64,000 nucleotides of DNA from an uncultured Eubacteriales bacterium (GTDB taxonomy: Bacteria > Bacillota > Clostridia > Lachnospirales > JAISER01), in assembly GCA_964500895.1 (NCBI GenBank), contig CAZCQP010000002.1, positions 1,812-65,811 on the forward strand. The letters are read 5' to 3'. A program made the translations under genes and the position numbers. The notes under the pieces are model-generated. The model ran no database searches and was not told the origin of the DNA. It saw nothing but the letters and a program-made list of their open reading frames with translations. Within the stretch, counting starts at the first letter, position 1. Each line of letters begins with the position of its first letter. Positions 21,401 through 31,357 of the stretch are shown one piece after another.

Positions 21401-24400
21401 ACGGGTAGGCGCTGGTGCAGAGACGCTTCCTGGCGATATTTCAATCCACGTCCCCTTGCGGGGGACGACCAGACAAGTCATATTGCAGCAATGACTTTGG
21501 GTTATTTCAATCCACGTCCCCTTGCGGGGGACGACCGCCCCGCCATAAGGTAGGGGCTATAATTATATACCATTTCAATCCACGTCCCCTTGCGGGGGAC
21601 GACGGCCATCTTCCAGCAAGTGCGTTAGCCACGGGATGATTTCAATCCACGTCCCCTTGCGGGGGACGACCCAACTGGGTTAACGAGTGTGTCTTTATCT
21701 ATGTTATTTCAATCCACGTCCCCTTGCGGGGGACGACCTTTTAAGTCCTTAGTTATGTGCAACCCTGTTTATTTCAATCCACGTCCCCTTGCGGGGGACG
21801 ACATAAGTCTAACTTTGTTCTCGTGGTTTCTATCAAGATTTCAATCCACGTCCCCTTGCGGGGGACGACCATAACCTCCATAACCCAAATGCAAGAGCGA
21901 GAGCAATTTCAATCCACGTCCCCTTGCGGGGGACGACGCTTGCGCTTCGTTATTTGCGCGTTCTACAGCTTATTTCAATCCACGTCCCCTTGCGGGGGAC
22001 GACTCTGGTTAACATGCGTATCGCTCCTTGTTAGTTTTATTTCAATCCACGTCCCCTTGCGGGGGACGACGCGGATTATTTTGTCGGGGTTATTTATCAT
22101 TAACATTTCAATCCACGTCCCCTTGCGGGGGACGACAATGCCGACTGTAACGGCAGTTACAATATTATTAATTTCAATCCACGTCCCCTTGCGGGGGACG
22201 ACATGGCTTTACATTTAAGCAAAAAGCACGACATAAATTTCAATCCACGTCCCCTTGCGGGGGACGACAAGGTGCGTCCGTTCCGTCCTCATCTATATCC
22301 CAGCATTTCAATCCACGTCCCCTTGCGGGGGACGACTAGCCACCAAAAGATTGTGTTGCTTTTTGAGATAAATTTCAATCCACGTCCCCTTGCGGGGGAC
22401 GACATTTTACCCCTTTCGGCTGTGCAGCCCTTATAAATTTCAATCCACGTCCCCTTGCGGGGGACGACTTGATACTGGTTGCCTTTAATAGCCGTTATTT
22501 TGTATTTCAATCCACGTCCCCTTGCGGGGGACGACTTAGGCTAATGGATGTAATGGGTAAGGGTTGTAATATTTCAATCCACGTCCCCTTGCGGGGGACG
22601 ACTTAGGCGGCAAGACGTTTTTTGAAAAGGCAGTAGAAATTTCAATCCACGTCCCCTTGCGGGGGACGACCTCAACGCTGTTATTACTGTCATGCGTCAA
22701 AACATTTCAATCCACGTCCCCTTGCGGGGGACGACTATTTTGTCGATTATGTTTGGAACTTTATTTCCATTTCAATCCACGTCCCCTTGCGGGGGACGAC
22801 TTTAACTTCAAAGTTTCATAGTTGTCGAGTATTACATTTCAATCCACGTCCCCTTGCGGGGGACGACGTCGCTATCGCAACCCATCCTGCTTGCGCAAGT
22901 GTATTTCAATCCACGTCCCCTTGCGGGGGACGACTCTTTTATCTGGTCCCTTAAGGCTTGTTGCTCATCAATTTCAATCCACGTCCCCTTGCGGGGGACG
23001 ACGTTGGCTTGCTTATGTAATTGTGTCAAACAACAAAGATTTCAATCCACGTCCCCTTGCGGGGGACGACCAAAAACAAAAAACCAGGTTTCAGTTATCC
23101 TCTATTTCAATCCACGTCCCCTTGCGGGGGACGACCCACCACTACTGTCCAATCTTCCTGGATGAGCAATTTCAATCCACGTCCCCTTGCGGGGGACGAC
23201 TCAAGTAGATACCACAAGGATTTTTAGCCAGTATATTTCAATCCACGTCCCCTTGCGGGGGACGACTGGCAGTGAGAGGCGGGGAAATTTCGGTTTGCGA
23301 TATTTCAATCCACGTCCCCTTGCGGGGGACGACTACAACAGGCTTAAATCACTTATGCTGCATGCCAATTTCAATCCACGTCCCCTTGCGGGGGACGACT
23401 AAGGCGCATGAGGCCAACAGAGCAGCCAGAAAATTTCAATCCACGTCCCCTTGCGGGGGACGACTGCAGTAGGATTTAAGCTGGGCTTCAAGGTCTTTGA
23501 TTTCAATCCACGTCCCCTTGCGGGGGACGACGGGTAAGGGTAAGGGTTGTAATGGGGGAGGGAGGATTTCAATCCACGTCCCCTTGCGGGGGACGACGCC
23601 TTGCCGCCAAAGATAACCCATTGCTGTTTAAATTTCAATCCACGTCCCCTTGCGGGGGACGACCCATGTGCCTATTGTTAACCGTGGCAATAGCTTTTAT
23701 TTCAATCCACGTCCCCTTGCGGGGGACGACTAAAGCGTTGCCAATTTCAACCTGTATTTCTTCTATTTCAATCCACGTCCCCTTGCGGGGGACGACTTAA
23801 CTAAAAATTTAAACAGGTGGTGCATTTAATATTTCAATCCACGTCCCCTTGCGGGGGACGACCACACAAGTAACACGCAAGTAACACGCTTAGTAGAATT
23901 TCAATCCACGTCCCCTTGCGGGGGACGACAGCGATTGCTGACATAAGACAATACTTTTCATCAATTTCAATCCACGTCCCCTTGCGGGGGACGACAGCAG
24001 CACTCGTATAATAAACTCCAGCGTACTGGATTTCAATCCACGTCCCCTTGCGGGGGACGACATGTTTTCTTGCGAAATAACGTCCTGTGCTGTTTTATTT
24101 CAATCCACGTCCCCTTGCGGGGGACGACTAAGTCTGGATAAAGAAATTATAAAAACCGGATTTATTTCAATCCACGTCCCCTTGCGGGGGACGACCATCA
24201 AGTCTGGTGTATCAATCTTAAGATTTTTTATTTCAATCCACGTCCCCTTGCGGGGGACGACTCACTGTCGGCCGCATACCCGTTTATGGACGATATTTCA
24301 ATCCACGTCCCCTTGCGGGGGACGACCCCTGCCCCTGAAATTTTTTCTGCTATTGCCATCGATTTCAATCCACGTCCCCTTGCGGGGGACGACGAAATTA

Positions 24401-27400
24401 AGCCTAACGAAGACCGTGAGCTTGGAATTTCAATCCACGTCCCCTTGCGGGGGACGACATTTTTTACCGGCATTGCCGGGGATTACCAAAGCAATTTCAA
24501 TCCACGTCCCCTTGCGGGGGACGACTAAGGCTTTTATGTTTTACATTCCATTCCCGTCAAATTTCAATCCACGTCCCCTTGCGGGGGACGACGGTGTCCG
24601 TGAGCAACATAAAAGCCGCCCTGCATATAATTTCAATCCACGTCCCCTTGCGGGGGACGACTGAAATTAAGCCTAACGAAGACCGTGAGCTTGGAATTTC
24701 AATCCACGTCCCCTTGCGGGGGACGACTCCGCTCGTTGTTTTGTCGTTACTAATTTTTATCATTTCAATCCACGTCCCCTTGCGGGGGACGACATCCATA
24801 GATACTCCAATGCAAGCCTCAATAAATATTTCAATCCACGTCCCCTTGCGGGGGACGACCCAAAGTCCGCCCCGTCTGGCACTACATCTGCTGGATTTCA
24901 ATCCACGTCCCCTTGCGGGGGACGACGCCCTTGAATATTATTCTACTTCCGTTCGGGAACTTATTTCAATCCACGTCCCCTTGCGGGGGACGACCAGAGC
25001 AATACAATACGCTCTTAGGGCTTCCTGCTATTTCAATCCACGTCCCCTTGCGGGGGACGACTCGGAACGAAGCTTATCGATATGCCGTACTGGTTATTTC
25101 AATCCACGTCCCCTTGCGGGGGACGACCGATGCTCTCAAGCGATTCATTCACTGCTTCTTCATTTCAATCCACGTCCCCTTGCGGGGGACGACATAAACG
25201 AGTTCGGGTTTCCTGTTATTAGCAAAGAATTTCAATCCACGTCCCCTTGCGGGGGACGACTGATTCAGAGGCAAGCAATCCTAATTTGCTAACGATTTCA
25301 ATCCACGTCCCCTTGCGGGGGACGACAAAGCTTAACGAAACTACAGTGACGGCCGCACAAATGATTTCAATCCACGTCCCCTTGCGGGGGACGACCGCAG
25401 AACAGTATTGGTCGTGGATTTGTTGATTTTATTTCAATCCACGTCCCCTTGCGGGGGACGACTGATATAATTGCTCGCTACCTCTTAATGCGTTATTATT
25501 TCAATCCACGTCCCCTTGCGGGGGACGACTGACGAAAACAACAACATTAAAGCAGGGTTTAAAATTTCAATCCACGTCCCCTTGCGGGGGACGACAAATT
25601 CTACAACCGCAACGATTGACCGCAGAATCAATTTCAATCCACGTCCCCTTGCGGGGGACGACGGGCGCAACCAAGGGCGAGCTAAAAGCGAATTACAAAT
25701 TTCAATCCACGTCCCCTTGCGGGGGACGACTTCTGCCGCACCTTTTTTGCCAAGCGCTTCACGGAAATTTCAATCCACGTCCCCTTGCGGGGGACGACCC
25801 TTTCCATAACGATAATCGGCCTAGCGCATCCGTATTTCAATCCACGTCCCCTTGCGGGGGACGACGATGACACCGGGCAAGGGTAATTTCTTCCGTATTT
25901 CAATCCACGTCCCCTTGCGGGGGACGACCACAGCAGATAGCGCAGAGCCACGTACAATTAATATTTCAATCCACGTCCCCTTGCGGGGGACGACGTTTGA
26001 CGAGTGTATGAGGGTTTTGAAACCCAATGATTTCAATCCACGTCCCCTTGCGGGGGACGACGTAAAGGGCAATAATAGCCAAACATTTGCCATAACGATT
26101 TCAATCCACGTCCCCTTGCGGGGGACGACTTGTCACAGCTTGACATTGCAAAGATTGAGCTTGACATTTCAATCCACGTCCCCTTGCGGGGGACGACGAC
26201 GCAAGTTGATGTTGATACCGATATTTTAAACATTTCAATCCACGTCCCCTTGCGGGGGACGACATTGGGACACAGCTTCAAAACTGCTGCTGCGGCATTA
26301 TTTCAATCCACGTCCCCTTGCGGGGGACGACGTGTTGCGTTCGCTCAAAACGTTCCAAACTTAACGGATTTCAATCCACGTCCCCTTGCGGGGGACGACC
26401 ACAAGGCGTTTACAATTCAGCAACGCCTATAGAGAATTTCAATCCACGTCCCCTTGCGGGGGACGACAAGCCAAGCAGCCACTTTAGCCGCCGAATATAG
26501 AAATTTCAATCCACGTCCCCTTGCGGGGGACGACATTTGATTCCGCTGATGATGCTATGGCCGAAACTATTTCAATCCACGTCCCCTTGCGGGGGACGAC
26601 ATGGTTACACGCAGTACGCATAAGGAGGCAGGGATATTTCAATCCACGTCCCCTTGCGGGGGACGACAAATGCGTTTGATTTGCCGCCAGATTATTTTCA
26701 ATTTCAATCCACGTCCCCTTGCGGGGGACGACATAAATGGCTGAAACTCACTGGAAAAAACTTAATTTCAATCCACGTCCCCTTGCGGGGGACGACTTGG
26801 TCATGGAGCTGTTAACCTTCCGCCCGCTAGTTTCTGTATCTACGTCGCCTTGTGGGGGTCTAGTATGTTTATTGGGTTTGGAGTACAAAAAAATTTCAAT
26901 TTCAATCCACGTCCCCTTGCGGGGGACGACGCTTCGTCAATTTCGGCTTGTAGTTGTTCGGTTTATTTCAATCCACGTCCCCTTGCGGGGGACGACACTA
27001 GCAGCCGGTGGAATTATTTTATAAGCGAAAAATTTCAATCCACGTCCCCTTGCGGGGGACGACGTGTCATAATCGGCATATTTAGCTTGTTCTTGTTATT
27101 TCAATCCACGTCCCCTTGCGGGGGACGACTAATTGCGTTTGCTGTGATGGCCGCATCATCTGTAGATTTCAATCCACGTCCCCTTGCGGGGGACGACGCC
27201 ACTTGTCAATCTCTGCTTGTGCGTCATCAACATTTCAATCCACGTCCCCTTGCGGGGGACGACCCCCGTCAATTTTTGCTGATCCGGCAACATACGTATT
27301 TCAATCCACGTCCCCTTGCGGGGGACGACCATTGACCAACCGTTCTGACCGAGATTATATTGTATTTCAATCCACGTCCCCTTGCGGGGGACGACCCATA

Positions 27401-28463
27401 TGGCAAATAATTATAGAGGTGATTACATGATATTTCAATCCACGTCCCCTTGCGGGGGACGACAATGTAACTTGGCTAAAGCCACGAATGCGGTTTGATA
27501 TTTCAATCCACGTCCCCTTGCGGGGGACGACAATAAATCACATCCAATTGTTTGTTTCTATTGTGCATTTCAATCCACGTCCCCTTGCGGGGGACGACGG
27601 CGTTATATTGTGCGGTGCTTGTAGTAAAAAACATTTCAATCCACGTCCCCTTGCGGGGGACGACGTTCAATGTAAATCATTAGCAAGTCATCAGACAAAA
27701 TTTCAATCCACGTCCCCTTGCGGGGGACGACTTCGCCCATCGAGCAAGGTCTTTTGTTATTTGCATTTCAATCCACGTCCCCTTGCGGGGGACGACGGGT
27801 GGAGCCAGTGGGAGAGTTTTAACACAATCGGATTTCAATCCACGTCCCCTTGCGGGGGACGACTTTCCTGTAATTTTTTCAAGCTCTGCGGAAAGTTTTA
27901 TTTCAATCCACGTCCCCTTGCGGGGGACGACGGCACGATTATCACCAACCCTTCACATTTACAAAATTTCAATCCACGTCCCCTTGCGGGGGACGACCCT
28001 CATGGGCTGCCGATGCCTGGGCCTGGGGAAAAATTTCAATCCACGTCCCCTTGCGGGGGACGACAATCGAAAAAGGCCCAAGCTACTGCTATTTCGGCGA
28101 TTTCAATCCACGTCCCCTTGCGGGGGACGACATTGCAATGTCACGGAGTTGCCCGAAACAGCAATATTTCAATCCACGTCCCCTTGCGGGGGACGACTTG
28201 TGACGCCACTTTTAGCCTAAACAACAGCATTATTTCAATCCACGTCCCCTTGCGGGGGACGACGACATGATTGGAGACACCAATGATTTGCTTGGTGGTA
28301 TTTCAATCCACGTCCCCTTGCGGGGGACGACTAATTGTCAATAGGTAAATTTGATTATTTATATGATTTCAATCCACGTCCCCTTGCGGGGGACGACTGA
28401 GGCAAGGGACGAATTGCAAGCATTGAAACAGATTTCAATCCACGTCCCCTTGCGGGGGACGAC
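15431..28463 (-). CRISPR. Type I-C-like CRISPR array, 196 repeats (32 bp) and 195 spacers
   Basis: Plus-strand repeat is ATTTCAATCCACGTCCCCTTGCGGGGGACGAC; the minus strand reads GTCGTCCCCCGCAAGGGGACGTGGATTGAAAT. I listed every repeat start by hand, from 15431 to 28432, with spacing of 63-73 bp. Spacers are mostly 33-36 nt. The degenerate terminal repeat at 15431-15462 and the AT-rich leader next to cas2 set the polarity. Confidence 0.97.
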
Positions 28464-28632
28464 AGCAAAAATGCATACATTTAACTATCATTCAAGCAAA
28501 TAAACATACAACAATTACAAAAAACACCTATGACCAAGACAAAACGCCAATTTCCAAGCATGGCAATACCCCAAAACACCTTAATTTCCAGTGCGAAAGA
28601 TGCCCCAAAACCATGTACGCTTAAGGTTCGCA
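28464..28632 (-). promoter_or_regulatory. CRISPR leader
   Basis: 169-bp AT-rich, non-coding segment between the cas2 stop codon and the first (newest) repeat. Contains an internal 35-bp imperfect tandem duplication. Confidence 0.7.
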
Positions 28633-28923
28633 CTACACCATTAAAATGCCCTCCACGTCAAACCCTGGCTTAGCCCCAACATGGGTCACTTTCGTTTTGT
28701 AATTGTTTCCCAAGTTGTAAAAGCGCAGGCTATCCTTTTCCGCATCAATGAGCGCTTCCAGCTTGTGCTTCACCTCGGCCAACTGGGTTGCGTCCAGCAC
28801 GCATTCAAAAACTGAATTTTGAACCCTCTGCCCGTAATTGACACACTGTTTAGCCACCTGCCGCAGCCGTTTGCGCCCCTGGGCTGTTTCTGTGTTCACA
28901 TCATAAGTAATTAAAACAAGCAT
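28633..28923 (-). CDS. cas2: CRISPR-associated endoribonuclease Cas2
   Basis: 96 aa starting MLVLITYDV, a ferredoxin-like Cas2 pattern. The track ORF (148 aa) extends upstream into cas1, so I use the internal start. Confidence 0.9.
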   Translation of the reverse strand: MLVLITYDVNTETAQGRKRLRQVAKQCVNYGQRVQNSVFECVLDATQLAEVKHKLEALIDAEKDSLRFYNLGNNYKTKVTHVGAKPGFDVEGILMV

Positions 28924-28931
28924 CTGTTCAC

Positions 28932-29963
28932 CTACTTCCACAAAAATGGTGGATACGCCTCTAAGTCGCCCCGCAAATGCCGGGCCAGCAGCATGGCTTG
29001 CACGTGAGGCACTAATCCCCACTGTATTTTTTCTTCCAAAAACGGATGGGTAATGGTTTCCTGTTTGCGGGCTTGCCACGCACTTAGAAATGCTTTGCGT
29101 GCGGCATCATCCATAATGACGGCGCCATTTTCCTTTACGGTGAACCCTTTGGCATGAACTTCCCGCTTGTTAATGAGGGAAAGCACAAATCGGTCGGCCA
29201 GGATAGGGCGCATTTCTTCCATTAAATCCAGCGCAAGAGAGATGCGCCCGGGGCGGTCTCGGTGCAAAAAGCCCACGTAGGGGTCTAGCCCAACCCCTTC
29301 TAGCGCCGATGCTACATCGTTTGCCAGCATGGTGTACGCAAAGGAAAGCAGCGCATTCACTTTATCCAAAGGCGGTCTTCGGCTGCGGGTGTGAAATTGA
29401 AAGTCCTCTTTTTGCTGCAAAATCAACTGGTCTATGACACCAAAATACCGAGTGGCACTTTCGCCTTCCAGGCCACGCAATTGCTCAAGGTTTTCACAGT
29501 CTTTGATGGCATCTGTAGATTTTTTAATGAGTGCAGAAGCCTTTTTTAATTGCTCAACGTCAACCCGGGCGGCGTGGTCCCGGGTGGCCCGCTCTATGAC
29601 CCAGCGTGCATTATACAGCTTGCCGATAATCATGTTTTGTGCAATGAACAGGGACTGCTGCTCGTCATCTGAAACCCTGTACTGCTTTTTGCGCAGCAAC
29701 ACATTGCCATGCACTTCCCCCACAATGCGTGCCTGAAACCGGCCGCTGGGGCTTAAAAAGCAAAGGGCAATATTTTTTGCGGCACAGGCCCGCATGAGCG
29801 CTGGGCTTGCGCCTGTGTAGCCAAAAGTTACAATGCTTTCAACATTATGTAAAGGCAAACGGATGACTTCCTGCTCCTCTTTTCGCACGACGATGTTTTC
29901 CCCGTCTAAAGAAAGATAGTGTTCAGGGGTTGTGATATACAACGTGTTCAGCAATTTTCTCAT
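28932..29963 (-). CDS. cas1: CRISPR-associated endonuclease Cas1 (I-C type)
   Basis: 343 aa. N-terminus MRKLLNTLYITTPEHYLSLDGENIVV and conserved C-terminal region (FGYTGASP, LDLMEEMRP). Overlaps cas4 by 4 nt. Confidence 0.92.
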   Translation of the reverse strand: MRKLLNTLYITTPEHYLSLDGENIVVRKEEQEVIRLPLHNVESIVTFGYTGASPALMRACAAKNIALCFLSPSGRFQARIVGEVHGNVLLRKKQYRVSDDEQQSLFIAQNMIIGKLYNARWVIERATRDHAARVDVEQLKKASALIKKSTDAIKDCENLEQLRGLEGESATRYFGVIDQLILQQKEDFQFHTRSRRPPLDKVNALLSFAYTMLANDVASALEGVGLDPYVGFLHRDRPGRISLALDLMEEMRPILADRFVLSLINKREVHAKGFTVKENGAVIMDDAARKAFLSAWQARKQETITHPFLEEKIQWGLVPHVQAMLLARHLRGDLEAYPPFLWK

Positions 29964-30625
29964 GCGTCTGCCTCCCCAATTCTTGTTTGAATATAGTGGG
30001 CCACGGATGCCTTTTTCAGCATTTTAGGAAGGCAAAAGTCCGCCAACGAGCAGGACTTACAGGCTTTGTTAGGCTTACACTTGGGTGTGTGCCCCCGTTG
30101 GTAATGCTGGTGCATTTCTTTCAGCATGTCCTTAGCGGTTTGGCGTAGGGTTTGGGTGAAGGCGACTGGCAGCCTGCGCCTTGTTTCGCCGTAAAACAAA
30201 TAGCCTTCCTGAATATCACAGACAAACATTTCCTCTAAACATAATGCTTGTGCGCACAATTGCAGTTCGTCTGCGTCATTTTGCTTTGGTGCGCCTCGCT
30301 TATACTCCACCGGCACCACACGGTATGTACCATCCCGGCCATGAATGGTGATGCCACTTGCATCTTTCCAAAGCTCCACCACATCGCAGACACCGGATAT
30401 GCCCAGATCCCGGGACATCACCGGCATACTGCGGGTGATCAGCACATCGCCCCGCTTTTCCACAGAAGCTTCATGGGCTTTTTCGTGCAGAAATCTGCCT
30501 TCAAGGGTGAGCACATTTTCCTTCCATGCCTGTTCAACGTGAATCAGCCCCCACTGGCGGCGGCAAAAGGCAAAATGTTGTATGCCCGATAACGGGAGAA
30601 AGTCTTCTTCGTTAAACATCATCAA
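29960..30625 (-). CDS. cas4: CRISPR-associated exonuclease Cas4
   Basis: 221 aa. RecB-like motif (VPVEYKRG), N-terminal Cys (HFAFCRRQW) and C-terminal Cys cluster CKPNKACKSCSLADFC. Confidence 0.9.
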   Translation of the reverse strand: MMMFNEEDFLPLSGIQHFAFCRRQWGLIHVEQAWKENVLTLEGRFLHEKAHEASVEKRGDVLITRSMPVMSRDLGISGVCDVVELWKDASGITIHGRDGTYRVVPVEYKRGAPKQNDADELQLCAQALCLEEMFVCDIQEGYLFYGETRRRLPVAFTQTLRQTAKDMLKEMHQHYQRGHTPKCKPNKACKSCSLADFCLPKMLKKASVAHYIQTRIGEADA

Positions 30626-30784
30626 CCATCCTTAACAGTGGAACCCCCAACGTTTAATCCGCATTGATATAGCATAATTTTACACCAGTTACCATTATTA
30701 TACAACAAAAAATGCATGTATCCATTATCAGTAAAACCTGGTATAATTCTGCCAACCAATTTAATTGAAGGGAAGATAAGCGTG

Positions 30785-31357
30785 ATGCAACTGCTCTTAT
30801 TGTGCGACGGGCAAAGCCAGGACTTTTGCGGCTGCAACCTTGGAGAAGCGGCTGCCGAAGCAGCCCAAAAAGTAGGTTTTGAAACAAAGCGTTTATTGTT
30901 GGATTTTGACCACATACAACCGTGCGTGGGCTGCTTTGACTGTTGGGTGAAGACCCCCGGCCTTTGCATACAAACAAAAGACAACGCCAACAGCATTTGC
31001 CGTGATTTTGCCCGCAGTGATGCGGTGCTACTGCTTTCTAAAGTGACCTACGGCAGCCATAGCCCGGACGTTAAGGCTATGCTGGACCGTATCATTCCCA
31101 ATGCATTGCCATTTTTTGAAACGGTGGAAGGGGAAATGCACCACCCCAAACGCTATGCCAAAGTTCCCAACTGGATTGCTTTTGGCTACGGCAACATGAC
31201 GGATGAAGAAGCGGATACCTTTGCAGCGCTGACGGTGCGCAACAGCCTGCACTTCCACCCACCAAAACGCTGCACCTTGCTCACCCGCAGCGCAGCAGAT
31301 TTACCCCAAGCGTTAGAGGGCTTACAGGCTTTTTTAAAAGAGGAGGGAACAAAATGA
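30785..31357 (+). CDS. Flavodoxin-like / NAD(P)H-dependent FMN reductase family protein
   Basis: Flavodoxin-fold pattern including CVGCFDCWVKTPGLC. Start chosen at MQLLLLCDG. Divergent from cas4. Confidence 0.6.
   Translation: MQLLLLCDGQSQDFCGCNLGEAAAEAAQKVGFETKRLLLDFDHIQPCVGCFDCWVKTPGLCIQTKDNANSICRDFARSDAVLLLSKVTYGSHSPDVKAMLDRIIPNALPFFETVEGEMHHPKRYAKVPNWIAFGYGNMTDEEADTFAALTVRNSLHFHPPKRCTLLTRSAADLPQALEGLQAFLKEEGTK

Noticed and set aside
26468-26502. A spacer (aagccaagcagccactttagccgccgaatatagaa) shares 13 nt (tagccgccgaata) with the GC-rich element at ~52614, hinting at self-targeting.
   Set aside because: A 13-nt match between ~6.8 kb of spacers and 128 kb of two-strand sequence is expected by chance several times over. 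There is no extended identity.
15713-28270. Dozens of track ORFs inside the array with recurring peptides (NPRPLAGDD, QSTSPCGGR, SIHVPLRGTT, VVPRKGTWIEI, SSPARGRGLK).
   Set aside because: These are translations of the 32-bp CRISPR repeat in different frames, concatenated across spacers that happen to lack stop codons. They are not genes.
30622-30996. Minus-strand ORFs (124 and 107 aa) directly upstream of cas4 that could have been a missing cas gene.
   Set aside because: They are antisense to the flavodoxin-like gene, have biased composition with no Cas5/Cas7-like motifs, and lack an RBS. I treat them as spurious.
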